64,000 bases of DNA, taken from contig JAQYLJ010000067.1 of assembly GCA_028720145.1 (NCBI GenBank), positions 27,890 through 91,889 of the forward strand, given 5' to 3'. Origin of the DNA: Clostridia bacterium. GTDB taxonomy: Bacteria; Bacillota; Clostridia; Oscillospirales; CAG-272. The position numbers were made by a program, and so were the translations under genes. Numbering within the stretch: position 1 is the first letter of the stretch; each line of letters begins with the position of its first letter. Under the pieces are notes generated by a model. That model searched no databases and was not told the origin of the DNA. It saw only the letters and a program-made list of their open reading frames with translations. Positions 27,550 through 37,193 of this stretch are shown piece by piece.

Positions 27550-28684
27550 ACCGAATGTGAAAAAAGAAAAACAGGCAAAGAAAACAGCAAAGAGTCGCCC
27601 GGTTTTATGGCTCCTCGTTGCCGTATTGGTGGTGGCGGCGATCGCACTCACCATCGTCCTCGGTGTGTCGAGTGCACAGCGGGTTCTGTCGTTCCGCGGC
27701 ATCCGAGTTGACCGCGACCTCTACGCTTATTGGCAAGCGCGCTACCGCTACGAGTATTTGCAGGTGAACGCGCCCGCAGGCGCGTATGATACCGAGGGAT
27801 TCTGGAACTCGGTCATGGACGAGACGACCGGGATGACCTACGGCGAGGACTGCGAGGCGCAGACCCAAACGCGGGTGCTCCGCATCGTGACTGCCGCCTA
27901 TCTGTTCGACACCTCGGGGCTGACTCTGACCGACCCCCAGCGGCAGACCATCGCGGACGGTTTGAACGACTTACTTACCTATCGGTTCGACGGGGATGAA
28001 AAGAAGTTCGACGAAGCGGCGAAACCCTACGGCTTCTCTTTCTCGGATGTGAAAAAGGCGTATCTCTATGAATACAAGGCGGTCAATCTCCCGGGACATA
28101 TCACCCTCTCGGATGAGCAGATTTCCTCGTATTATACGACCCACTACACGAGAGTGCAGTGGCTCTATCTCCCCGCGTCCACGCCCGCCGAGACCATCAC
28201 CCACCTGCGGGGGCAACTCGCGAGCGCGGCGGGCGCGAATGATCGTCTCACGCTGTTCAGCTCGCTTCTAACCGACCCCGAATACAATCAAAACCCCGCA
28301 TACAGTGCCTATTCGGACGGGTACTATTTCTCGACCGACTCAATTTACCTCGACAGTTTCCGTGACGCTTTCACGGAGACCTATCCGTCGACCGACGGGA
28401 AGAAGATTTACGAGGCGGCGTTCTCGCTCGAAAATCCCGGGGATTACACCGAGGTCTCGACCGACGACGGTCTGTGGGTCGTGATGCGCTATCCGCTGAA
28501 TTATGCGTCGATTGCGAACGACACCTATCTCGAATCCATGTTCGCCGACTTAAACGAACTCGCCCTCGCCGATTACCTCGTCTCGTGGCTCGACTCCTTC
28601 GCCCCCGAAGCAAAGTGGAAGACGGGACACGCGAAGACATGGGTCCCGCACGGGCAGAACTCCGACCTCTATCTGTTCTTCTGA
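27539..28684 (+). CDS. membrane-anchored PrsA/SurA-like foldase homologue (parvulin-like domain, probably degenerate)
   Basis: N-terminal TM (VLWLLVAVLVVAAIALTIVL) and a position immediately after mfd. The C-terminal half follows the parvulin layout (VQWLYL ... LFSSLLTDPEYNQ ... DGYYFS ... AAFSLENPGDYTEVSTDDGLWVVMR), but the HIL-type histidine position reads WLY. Confidence 0.45.
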   Translation: MPNKPNVKKEKQAKKTAKSRPVLWLLVAVLVVAAIALTIVLGVSSAQRVLSFRGIRVDRDLYAYWQARYRYEYLQVNAPAGAYDTEGFWNSVMDETTGMTYGEDCEAQTQTRVLRIVTAAYLFDTSGLTLTDPQRQTIADGLNDLLTYRFDGDEKKFDEAAKPYGFSFSDVKKAYLYEYKAVNLPGHITLSDEQISSYYTTHYTRVQWLYLPASTPAETITHLRGQLASAAGANDRLTLFSSLLTDPEYNQNPAYSAYSDGYYFSTDSIYLDSFRDAFTETYPSTDGKKIYEAAFSLENPGDYTEVSTDDGLWVVMRYPLNYASIANDTYLESMFADLNELALADYLVSWLDSFAPEAKWKTGHAKTWVPHGQNSDLYLFF

Positions 28685-28830
28685 TTTTTTGATTGTTTTT
28701 GTTTGCATAGAAAAATCGCCCTCCGCGAATGAGTAATACTCTTTACGGAAAAATTGAAAAACCAACTATGTGCGAGTGCCGCATTTGAAAGGTCAAATGC
28801 AAATTGGGTAAGTACCCCCCTTATATAAGC

Positions 28831-29097
28831 AGAAAGAGCAAGAGTAAAAGGATAAATACCTTCTATTCTTGCTCTGTTCGTTTTGTAATGAATTGATGCT
28901 TACGCATCATGAATTGGCGTGCGCCATGATTTCTCGTCTGCGTACCGCTTCCTCCATGAATTGAATTGCAACCCATGTGCCGAAGGCACAATTCATGCCG
29001 AAGGCAATTCATGAAAGCATTTCTTTCAATTCATGCAACCGTAAGGTTGCAATTCATTGCGTGTTCTCCGTTAAGGATAACACGCGAAACGGAGGGC
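28831..29097. repeat. composite structured intergenic element, copy 2 (inverted orientation relative to copy 1, different word)
   Basis: The main hairpin is AGAAAGAGCAAG(28831-28842)/CTTGCTCTGTTC(28868-28879) with a 25-nt loop containing AGGATAA. ATGAATTG occurs at 28888, 28909 and 28956. CAATTCAT occurs at 28989, 29005, 29027 and 29050. Mini-hairpins separate the words (e.g. GCAACC-gtaa-GGTTGC at 29035-29050). Confidence 0.8.
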
Positions 29098-29123
29098 GTT
29101 CTTTATTGGGTTTTATTCGGTCG

Positions 29124-30215
29124 TCAGTCGAGTTCGGTCACGCGCTCGTAGGAGCCGAGGACTTTCAGACCGCTGCACAGGGTGCCGAGGTCGTCGAGCA
29201 TCGCCTGTCCCGCGGGGGAATTGAGGTTCCCCTCCGCCTCGACGAAGAAGAAGTTGCTCCATATAAGTTTCTTGGTCGGGCGGGAGCGCAGGGAGCGCAT
29301 ATTGAAGCCGTGCTCGCCGATGGAGGCAATCGCGCGGGCGAGGGCACCCGCCTCGTTTCTGACTGTGAAAGTCAGGATGAAACAGCCGTCCTCGCGGCAG
29401 GCGCGGTGCGGATTGCGGGTCATGACCGCGAAACGGGTGGTGTTATTCGCGTTCTCGTTGATATTCGCGGCGAGAATGTGGAGGCGGTAGAGCTCCGCCG
29501 CCTCGGGGGAGCAGATGGCGGCGAGGGTGGGGTCGCCCGTCTCGGAGACTCTGCGCGCCGCGACCGCCGTATTGGATTCCTCTTCGATCTCGTAGCCGCG
29601 GGAGGCGAGATAGGGCGCGCATTGCGAGAGCGCCTGCGGATGGCTGATGACCTTCTTCACCGTGTCGAGGGTCGCACCCTCACAGCCGACGAGACATTGA
29701 TGGATGGGGGCGTCATACACCGCGTTGACATACAGATGCCCGAAGTAGGCGAGGTCCATGACCTGCGCGACATCGCCGGCAAAACTGTTTTCGAGCGGGA
29801 GGACCGCCGAATCACATTCCCCTTTTTCGACCGCCTCATACGCCTCGCGGAACCCGGGATAGGCGACGAGGGTCGCGTCGGGGAAAATCTTTTTCGCCGT
29901 GAGGTGCGCGAACGCGCCGACCACCCCCGCGTATGCTACTCGCTGACCGTCCGCTACCCGATGGTTGAGGCACTCGGACAGCCCGACGACATTCTGTAAA
30001 AACAGCGCGTAATATGAGCGGGTTAAGTCGTCTCCGAGCAGGGGAGACACCTCGCGCAAAGTCTCGTCCGGGTCGATCGCGACCGAGGGAGGGAGCCCCT
30101 CTGCCCGCTGACACGCGGCGACATGACGACCGGCGTTCATGCGCGCTTCAAATGCGAGCGCGAGCGCGCGGTCGGTCTCTTTGACTTGATTGATTGCTTT
30201 TTGCAGTTCGTCCAT
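29124..30215 (-). CDS. pheA: prephenate dehydratase with an N-terminal chorismate-mutase-like domain and a C-terminal ACT domain
   Basis: PDT core (VAYAGVVGAFAHLTA...LPLENSFAGDV...TRFAVM), ACT domain (GALARAIASIGEHGFNMRSLRSRP), and a roughly 85-aa helical N-terminal region resembling AroQ chorismate mutase. Confidence 0.85.
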   Translation of the reverse strand: MDELQKAINQVKETDRALALAFEARMNAGRHVAACQRAEGLPPSVAIDPDETLREVSPLLGDDLTRSYYALFLQNVVGLSECLNHRVADGQRVAYAGVVGAFAHLTAKKIFPDATLVAYPGFREAYEAVEKGECDSAVLPLENSFAGDVAQVMDLAYFGHLYVNAVYDAPIHQCLVGCEGATLDTVKKVISHPQALSQCAPYLASRGYEIEEESNTAVAARRVSETGDPTLAAICSPEAAELYRLHILAANINENANNTTRFAVMTRNPHRACREDGCFILTFTVRNEAGALARAIASIGEHGFNMRSLRSRPTKKLIWSNFFFVEAEGNLNSPAGQAMLDDLGTLCSGLKVLGSYERVTELD

Positions 30216-30343
30216 GCGATACTCCTGTCAATACTTACAATGAATATACACTCCCGCGCGCGGTTTGTCAAGACGCGGGTTCCACTTGATTTTTGCCTGT
30301 CGGTTTGGTAAAATAACTCGGAAGAATGAGAAAGGGGGACGCT

Positions 30344-31333
30344 ATGAAGATAGGGAATATCGAGCTGACATACGGCTTGTGTCTCGGTCCCATGGCGGGA
30401 TATACCGACTACGCCATGCGCTCGGTCTGTCGCTCGTTCGGGGCGGAATACCTTGTCTCCGAGATGGTGTCGGCGAAAGCCGTCTGTTACGGAGACCGCA
30501 AGACCATCCCCCTCGCCAGAGTGACCCCCGCGGAGATGCCGTGCGCGGTGCAACTCTTCGGGCATGAGCCCGAGGTACTCGCAGAGGCGGCACGCAGGAT
30601 TGCGGACGGGGTCGGGGACGGGGTCGCCCCCGCGGCGATCGACCTCAACTTCGGGTGCCCGGTGCACAAGATCGTCTCGCAGGGAGACGGCTCCGCCGTC
30701 ATGCGGGACCCAGCCCTCGCCGAGCGGCTGGTCCGTGCGGTCTCGGATGCCGTCGGGATTCCCGTGACCGTGAAGATACGGGCGGGATGGGACGAGGCAC
30801 ATATGAACGCCGCAGAGGTCGCACGCGCCGCCGAAGCGGGCGGTGCCGCCTGCATCTTTGTCCACGGGCGCACCCGCACCCAGTTCTACGCGGGACGGGC
30901 GGATTATGGGGTCATCCGAGAAGTGAAAGAGGCGGTCTCCATCCCCGTGGTCGGAAACGGGGATGTGGACAGCGCGGAGGCGGGAAAACGGCTCCTCCTT
31001 GACAGTGGGTGCGACGGAATCATGGTGGGACGCGCCGCGGTGGGGAACCCGTTTTTGTTCCGCGAACTCCGCGCCATGCGCGCGGGAGAACCCTGTCCCG
31101 CACCCACGCCGGAAGAGCGCTATCAGACCGCCGCGCGGCAGCTCGCGCTCGCCGTCTCGGAAAAGGGAGAGCACACGGCGGTACTCGAAGCGCGGAAGCA
31201 CCTCGGGGAATACCTCCGCGGGCTTCACGGAGCCGCCGCCGCCCGCAGTCGCATCTTCCGCGCCGAAGACGCACAGACCCTGCTCGCCGTCTTGCGCGAG
31301 ACGCTGGGGATTGTGCAAGAGAATGAATCGTGA
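30344..31333 (+). CDS. dusB: tRNA dihydrouridine synthase
   Basis: LGPMAGYTDYAMRSV, DLNFGCPVHKIV, TVKIRAGWD, FVHGRTRTQFY. The ATG at 30344 follows GAGAAAGGGGGA. Confidence 0.9.
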   Translation: MKIGNIELTYGLCLGPMAGYTDYAMRSVCRSFGAEYLVSEMVSAKAVCYGDRKTIPLARVTPAEMPCAVQLFGHEPEVLAEAARRIADGVGDGVAPAAIDLNFGCPVHKIVSQGDGSAVMRDPALAERLVRAVSDAVGIPVTVKIRAGWDEAHMNAAEVARAAEAGGAACIFVHGRTRTQFYAGRADYGVIREVKEAVSIPVVGNGDVDSAEAGKRLLLDSGCDGIMVGRAAVGNPFLFRELRAMRAGEPCPAPTPEERYQTAARQLALAVSEKGEHTAVLEARKHLGEYLRGLHGAAAARSRIFRAEDAQTLLAVLRETLGIVQENES

Positions 31334-31377
31334 AAAACGGAGGAGCGCCGCGGCGCTCCTCCGTATCGTTTGTTTTT
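31332..31377. terminator. bidirectional terminator between dusB and trpS
   Basis: 13-bp perfect palindrome ACGGAGGAGCGCC/GGCGCTCCTCCGT, flanked by AAAAA and TTTGTTTTT. Confidence 0.8.
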
Positions 31378-31398
31378 CGGTTCTTTCGATTGATAAAA

Positions 31399-32397
31399 TC
31401 AGTTCACGAACCCGATTTTGCGGCGGACCTTGGAGAGGGTCTTGCGCGCATAGTGGGTCGCGGCGGCGGCACCGTTCTTCATGACCTCCTCGAGGTACGC
31501 CTTGTCCGCCGTCAGCCGCTTGAACTCGTCCTGCACCGGACGCAGAGCGTCGGCACACGCCTCTCCGACCGCGGTCTTGAAGTCACCGTAGCCGCGACCG
31601 TCGAACTCCCGCTCGATTTCTTCAAAGGTCTTGCCCGTGAAGCAGGAATAGATGGTCATGAGGTTGGAGACCCCGGGTTTCTCCGTGGGGTCATAGCGCA
31701 CCTCGCTCCCCGAGTCGGTCACCGCGCGTTTGAACTTGCGGAGAATGGTGTCGGGGTCGTCGAGGATGCGGACGACCGCGTTCTCGTTCGGGTCGGATTT
31801 CGACATTTTCGCGGCGGGGTCCTGGAGGGACGCGATCTTCATGCCCGTCTCAGGGATATACGGCTCGGGCACCACGAAGGTGTCGCCGTAGACCCCGTTA
31901 AACCGCTCGGCGATGTTGCGTGCGAGTTCGAGGTGCTGTTTCTGGTCGATGCCGACCGGCACGATATCGGTCTGATAGAGCAGAATATCTGCTGCCATGA
32001 GCGAGGGGTAGGTGAACAGCCCCGCGTTGATGTTGTCGGCGTGTTTCTGGCTCTTGTCCTTGAACTGGGTCATGCGCGAGAGTTCCCCGAACATGGTGTA
32101 GCAGTCGAGGATCCACCCGAGTTCGGCGTGTCCCGACACCTGCGACTGGACGAAGAGACAGTTCTTCTCGGGGTCGAGCCCGCAGGCGATATAGAGAGCG
32201 AGCGTCTCGTAGGTGCGGCGGCGGAGTTCCGCCGGGACCTGGCGCACGGTGATGGCGTGGAGATCGACGACGCAGTAGAAGCGGAGCATCTCCTCGGGGA
32301 ATGCCGTGAAGTTTTTGATGGCGCCGAGGTAGTTGCCGATGGTGAGGTTCCCGGACGGCTGTACCCCGGAGAATACGACTTTTCTGTTATCGAGCAT
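31399..32397 (-). CDS. trpS: tryptophan--tRNA ligase
   Basis: SGVQPSGNLTIGNYLG (HIGH-like region), KMSKSDP (KMSKS), 332 aa. Confidence 0.95.
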   Translation of the reverse strand: MLDNRKVVFSGVQPSGNLTIGNYLGAIKNFTAFPEEMLRFYCVVDLHAITVRQVPAELRRRTYETLALYIACGLDPEKNCLFVQSQVSGHAELGWILDCYTMFGELSRMTQFKDKSQKHADNINAGLFTYPSLMAADILLYQTDIVPVGIDQKQHLELARNIAERFNGVYGDTFVVPEPYIPETGMKIASLQDPAAKMSKSDPNENAVVRILDDPDTILRKFKRAVTDSGSEVRYDPTEKPGVSNLMTIYSCFTGKTFEEIEREFDGRGYGDFKTAVGEACADALRPVQDEFKRLTADKAYLEEVMKNGAAAATHYARKTLSKVRRKIGFVN

Positions 32398-32441
32398 AAT
32401 TGACCCTCCCGGTCAAATGAAATCTGTTCCGATTTTGTAAA

Positions 32442-32470
32442 ATCATAGCACGGGCGGGCGGGGTTGTCAA
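32442..32470 (-). promoter_or_regulatory. promoter of trpS (short leader, no T-box)
   Basis: The minus strand reads TTGACA-17-TATGAT. Only about 40 nt separate it from the GGGAGGG RBS. Confidence 0.6.
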
Positions 32471-32692
32471 GAAATCGGCGCGAAAAGCGCGAAAAGAGAG
32501 AAAGAGATGCCGCACGGGCAGGTCTCGGCGGGGTGCGTGGCGCGCGAAAAGCAAATGAAAGGCAGAGGGGATAAAAGAGGGAGTCCCGCGCCGACTTTCG
32601 GGAAAAGTCGGGAAAGCGCGGAAAAAGCCGGCTCTCTTTCCGATAATTAAGAAAAATCCTGTATTTCTCTTGAAAAAATCGCGTGCGCGTAC

Positions 32693-32721
32693 TTTACAAA
32701 TATAAAAGAGTGTGCTACAAT
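32693..32721 (+). promoter_or_regulatory. promoter of nifJ
   Basis: TTTACA-17-TACAAT. Confidence 0.55.
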
Positions 32722-32800
32722 CTATAAGGTTTACGGGGTCATTTTCCCCGAGGACCACTCAAACAGGCGAATAAAAATTTACATAACGGAGGAATATCCA

Positions 32801-35800
32801 ATGATAGAAAGAAAAAAGCTTTCTATGGACGGTAACACGGCTGCCGCGCATGTGTCTTACGCATTCACGGAAGTAGCCGCCATCTACCCGATCACCCCTT
32901 CCAGTCCGATGGCTGAGGTGACCGACACCTGGTCCGCGACCGACAAGAACATTCTCGGTCAGCCGGCGAGAAATATCTTCGGTGAGCGCGTGAAGGTCAT
33001 CGAGATGCAGTCCGAGGGCGGCGCAGCGGGTGCTGTGCACGGCTCGCTCGCATCCGGTGCTCTGACCACGACTTATACGGCATCGCAGGGTCTGCTCCTG
33101 ATGATCCCGAATATGTACAAGATTGCCGGTGAATTGCTCCCCTGCGTCATCCATGTGTCGGCGCGTTGCGTAGCTTCGCACGCCCTCAATATTTTCGGGG
33201 ATCACTCCGATGTGTATGCCTGCCGGCAGACCGGTTTCGCGATGCTCGCGGAGACCAACCAGCAGGAGATCATGGACCTCGGCGCGGTCGCACACCTCGC
33301 GACCATCGAGGGCAGAGTCCCGTTCCTGAACTTCTTTGACGGCTTCCGTACCTCTCACGAGATTCAGAAGATCGCCGTCTGGGATTACAAAGACCTCGCC
33401 GAGATGGTGGATATGGACGCGGTCAACGCGTTCCGCGCACGGGCAATCAACCCCGAGCACCCCGTCCTCCGCGGCTCTGCCGAAAACGGGGATATCTTCT
33501 TCCAGCACAGAGAGGCGTGCAACCCCTACTACGACGCCATCCCCGCCATCGTTGAGAAATACATGGGGAAGGTCAACGAGAAACTCGGCACCAACTACGG
33601 TCTCTTCAACTACTACGGCGCACCCGATGCCGACCGCGTGATTATTGCGATGGGTTCTGTCTGCGATGTGGCGGAAGAAGTCATTGACTACATGAACGCA
33701 CACGGCGAGAAGGTCGGTATTCTGAAAGTCCGTCTGTACCGTCCGTTCTGCGCGCAGAAGATGGTCGACGCTCTGCCGAAGACCGTCAAGAAGATCGCGG
33801 TCCTCGACCGTACCAAAGAGCCCGGCTCGCTCGGCGAACCGCTCTATCTCGATGTGGTTGCCGCTCTCGCACAGTGCGGCGTGAAGGACATCACCGTGGT
33901 GGGCGGCCGTTACGGTCTCGGTTCCAAGGACACCACCCCCGCGTCGGTCTTTGCCGTTTACGACAACCTCGCGGAGAAAGAACCCAAGAACGGGTTCACC
34001 ATCGGTATCAACGATGACCTGACCGGTCACTCGCTCACCGAGAAGGCGTGCCCCGACACGGCTCCTGCCGGCTCCATCTCCTGCAAGTTCTGGGGTCTCG
34101 GCGGCGACGGTACCGTCGGTGCGAACAAGAACTCCATCAAGATCATCGGCGACCATACCGACAAATACATTCAGGCATACTTCCAGTATGACTCCAAGAA
34201 GACGGGCGGCGTGACCATCTCTCACCTCCAGTTCGGTGATACGCCCATCAAGTCTCACTACTATATCAACAAGGCAGACTTCGTCGCCTGCCACAATGCG
34301 TCTTATATCCTCAAAGGATACAAGATCGTGCAGGATGTGAAACCGGGCGGGACCTTCCTGCTCGACTGCCAGTGGAAAGAGAGCGACCTCGACGCGCATC
34401 TGCCGGCATCCGTCAAGAGCTATATTGCCAAGAACAATATCAAGTTCTATATCATCGATGCGACCGACATCGCCAAGAACGAAGTCGGGAACATGAAGGT
34501 GAAGAACACCATTCTCCAGTCCGCGTTCTTCGCGCTGGCGAAGGTGCTCCCGATCGAGGAAGCCATCGGCTACATGAAGTACATGGCGACCAAGTCCTAC
34601 TCCAAGTTCGGTGAGGATGTCGTCGCGCAGAACCACAAGGCGATCGAGATGGGTGCGGGCGCACTCACCGAGGTCAAAGTGCCCGCCGAGTGGGCGAACG
34701 CAGGGGAAGATGCCGCAGAGGCACCCGCGGTCGGTCCTCGCGCAGACCTTGTGAAGTTCGTCAACGAGATTGTGAAGCCCGTCGGAAAGATGGACGGTGA
34801 CTCTCTGCCCGTCTCCGCGTTCAAGGACCTCGCGGACGGCACTCTGCCGCAGGGCTCCGCCGCTTACGAGAAGCGCGGTGTCGCGGTCTTCTGCCCGACA
34901 TGGAACGAGAGCGCTTGTATCCAGTGTAACACCTGTGCGTTCGTCTGCCCGCACGCCGCGATTCGTCCGGTGGCGATGACCGCAGAGGAAGCCGCGAAAG
35001 CACCCGCTTCCGCGAAGATTGTTGACACCAAGCCGAAACCCACCTACAAGTTCACCATGGCGATCTCGCCTATGGACTGTATGGGATGCACCAACTGTGT
35101 GAAGGTCTGCCCCGTCAACCAGCAGGTGGATAAGAAGGCGGCCGCCGCAGGCGAGAAGCCCGATACCTCCAAGTACGCGCTCCGCATGGTCGCGTCCGCA
35201 GGTGAGGCGGCTCAGCAGCCCGTGTTCGACTACGCGGTCTCCGCTGTCTCCGAGAAGAAAGACCTCGTCGGCACCTCGGTCAAAGCCAGCCAGTTCAAAC
35301 AGCCGTTGCTCGAATTCTCCGGCTCTTGCGCGGGTTGCGCCGAGACCTCCTATGCGCGTCTCGTGACCCAGCTCTTCGGCGAGAGAATGTATATTTCCAA
35401 CGCGACCGGATGCTCCTCCATTTGGGGCGGCTCGGCTCCCGCGACCCCGTACACCGTGAACAAGGAAACCGGACGCGGACCCGCGTGGGCGAACTCCCTG
35501 TTCGAGGACAACGCGGAGCACGGCTTCGGTATGGCGATCGGTCAGAAGACCATCCGTGAGAAACTGAAAGGGTATGTCGAAGAGATCCTCGCGAAAGAGG
35601 ATGCGAAACCCGAGGTCAAAGCCGCCGCACAGGCGTACATCGATACCTTCGATGACGGCAAGAAGAACGGCGAAGCGACCGACGCACTCGTGAAGGCGCT
35701 CGAAGCTTGCGACTGCGACTGCGGTCTTAAGGGCAAGATTCTCGCCGAGAAGGATTATCTCTCCAAGAAGTCCGTCTGGATCTTCGGCGGCGACGGCTGG

Positions 35801-36424
35801 GCATACGATATCGGCTTCGGCGGTCTCGACCATGTCCTCGCATCCGGCGAAGATGTCAATGTGATGGTCTTCGACACCGAGGTGTACTCGAACACCGGCG
35901 GGCAGGCATCCAAGGCATCCAACATCGGTCAGGTGGCACAGTTCGCCGCCGCCGGTAAAGCCATCGGCAAGAAGAACCTCGCGGAAATCGCGATGTCCTA
36001 CGGCTATGTCTATGTGGCACAGGTCGCTATGGGCGCGGATATGAATCAGTTGCTCAAAGCCATGACCGAGGCGGAGGCATATCCCGGACCGTCTCTCATC
36101 ATCGGCTACGCTCCTTGCGAAATGCACGGCATCAAGGGCGGCGGGATGCAGAACAGCCAGTTCGAGATGAAGAAAGCCGTCGAGGCAGGTTACTGGCACC
36201 TCTTCCGCTTCAACCCCGCGCTGAAAGCAGAGGGCAAACCCGCGTTCTCGCTCGACTCCAAGGAGCCGACCGCGGACTACGAGGCGTTCATCAAGGGTGA
36301 AGCACGGTACGCGCGTCTCGCGCAGACCTTCCCCGACAGAGCGCAGGCGCTCTTCGCACGCGCGGCAGAAACCGCAAAGGCGAAGTACGAGCACCTCAAG
36401 AAACTCGGCGAGTTCTACTCGTAA
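32801..36424 (+). CDS. nifJ: pyruvate:ferredoxin (flavodoxin) oxidoreductase
   Basis: 1207 aa. MDGNTAAAHVSYAFTEVAAIYPITPSSPMAE; two ferredoxin-type 4Fe-4S motifs (CIQCNTCAFVCPHAAIRP; CMGCTNCVKVCP); TPP-binding GGDGWAYDIGFGGLDHV. Confidence 0.97.
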   Translation: MIERKKLSMDGNTAAAHVSYAFTEVAAIYPITPSSPMAEVTDTWSATDKNILGQPARNIFGERVKVIEMQSEGGAAGAVHGSLASGALTTTYTASQGLLLMIPNMYKIAGELLPCVIHVSARCVASHALNIFGDHSDVYACRQTGFAMLAETNQQEIMDLGAVAHLATIEGRVPFLNFFDGFRTSHEIQKIAVWDYKDLAEMVDMDAVNAFRARAINPEHPVLRGSAENGDIFFQHREACNPYYDAIPAIVEKYMGKVNEKLGTNYGLFNYYGAPDADRVIIAMGSVCDVAEEVIDYMNAHGEKVGILKVRLYRPFCAQKMVDALPKTVKKIAVLDRTKEPGSLGEPLYLDVVAALAQCGVKDITVVGGRYGLGSKDTTPASVFAVYDNLAEKEPKNGFTIGINDDLTGHSLTEKACPDTAPAGSISCKFWGLGGDGTVGANKNSIKIIGDHTDKYIQAYFQYDSKKTGGVTISHLQFGDTPIKSHYYINKADFVACHNASYILKGYKIVQDVKPGGTFLLDCQWKESDLDAHLPASVKSYIAKNNIKFYIIDATDIAKNEVGNMKVKNTILQSAFFALAKVLPIEEAIGYMKYMATKSYSKFGEDVVAQNHKAIEMGAGALTEVKVPAEWANAGEDAAEAPAVGPRADLVKFVNEIVKPVGKMDGDSLPVSAFKDLADGTLPQGSAAYEKRGVAVFCPTWNESACIQCNTCAFVCPHAAIRPVAMTAEEAAKAPASAKIVDTKPKPTYKFTMAISPMDCMGCTNCVKVCPVNQQVDKKAAAAGEKPDTSKYALRMVASAGEAAQQPVFDYAVSAVSEKKDLVGTSVKASQFKQPLLEFSGSCAGCAETSYARLVTQLFGERMYISNATGCSSIWGGSAPATPYTVNKETGRGPAWANSLFEDNAEHGFGMAIGQKTIREKLKGYVEEILAKEDAKPEVKAAAQAYIDTFDDGKKNGEATDALVKALEACDCDCGLKGKILAEKDYLSKKSVWIFGGDGWAYDIGFGGLDHVLASGEDVNVMVFDTEVYSNTGGQASKASNIGQVAQFAAAGKAIGKKNLAEIAMSYGYVYVAQVAMGADMNQLLKAMTEAEAYPGPSLIIGYAPCEMHGIKGGGMQNSQFEMKKAVEAGYWHLFRFNPALKAEGKPAFSLDSKEPTADYEAFIKGEARYARLAQTFPDRAQALFARAAETAKAKYEHLKKLGEFYS

Positions 36425-36439
36425 GCAAACCCAATCACG

Positions 36440-36471
36440 AAAGCAGGGCACCCGCCCTGCTTTCTTTTTTT
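36440..36471 (+). terminator. intrinsic terminator after nifJ
   Basis: AAAGCAGGGC-accc-GCCCTGCTTT, followed by CTTTTTTTT. Confidence 0.85.
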
Positions 36472-36539
36472 GCGGGTGAACCTCCATCAGTATCAAGTAT
36501 TGCTTGTCGCTTGATGATTCGCCGCGCAGAGGATTCTTC

Positions 36540-37095
36540 CGTATTGTAGGACGGGGAAAAGCGACGCGGACACAGCGACATATCAAGGGCTCGCCCTTTG
36601 GGAGAGCTCCCGACGAAGTCGGGTGAGAGGGTGTAATGCCCCCAAAGCGACCGATAAGGTTTTCAATTTGTGCTCTTTCACCCTCTCCGTCACGCTTCGC
36701 GCGCCACCTCTCCCAAAGTGAGAGGCATAATTTCACTGCAACGCCTGTCCCGCGGTTTTTCAAAAGCCACACAGTATCGCATTGCAACTAAAAAGCGGCG
36801 GGAGCAAGCCCCCGCCCTACGATGAGGTCTTTACTTGCGTCCCTTGTGTAAAGGGAGGTGGCGCGCGCGAGCGTGACGGAGGGATTGTAATGTGGTCGCC
36901 CGACGACTCAAATGCGAGAAGTGTTGCACTCCGATTGATCATTCACTGCACAAAAGATTTTCCACGTTGTAGGGCGGGGGCTTGCTCCCGCCGCATTTTT
37001 TTGTAGGGCGATTCTCACTTCGTCGCAGACGAAAACTCACTTTGCGTCAGCAAGACTCACTGCGGCGCATAGCGCCACTTGCTCCCGCCGTCCCG
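36540..37095. repeat. REP/BIME-like cluster of GTAG-tailed palindromes plus a third word/mini-hairpin array
   Basis: A perfect 26-bp inverted repeat joins 36795-36820 (GCGGCGGGAGCAAGCCCCCGCCCTAC) and 36969-36994. A second imperfect IR joins 36680-36714 and 36853-36887. TGTAGG(G/A)CG occurs at about 36544, 36968 and 37002. The CTCAC word array lies at 37014-37080. Confidence 0.75.
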
Positions 37096-37193
37096 TCGGC
37101 AGAGCAAATTCCCCATGCTGCCCCCGCAACTGCTCCTTACGAGAGGCGGCTATCGCGGGGCGCGAAAGGGGAACGGAAACCCTTTCGGAAGAA

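Noticed and set aside
32398-32470. Expected T-box riboswitch upstream of trpS
   Set aside because: I reverse-complemented the region. A TTGACA-17-TATGAT promoter lies only about 40 nt from the RBS, and there is no specifier loop or T-box (…GGTGGTACCGCG…) sequence. So no T-box is present.
32759-36787. 1342-aa ORF on the minus strand
   Set aside because: It is exactly antisense to the unambiguous PFOR/nifJ gene. Its composition is Arg/Gly/Val-rich with no motifs, the typical stop-poor antisense frame of GC-rich DNA.
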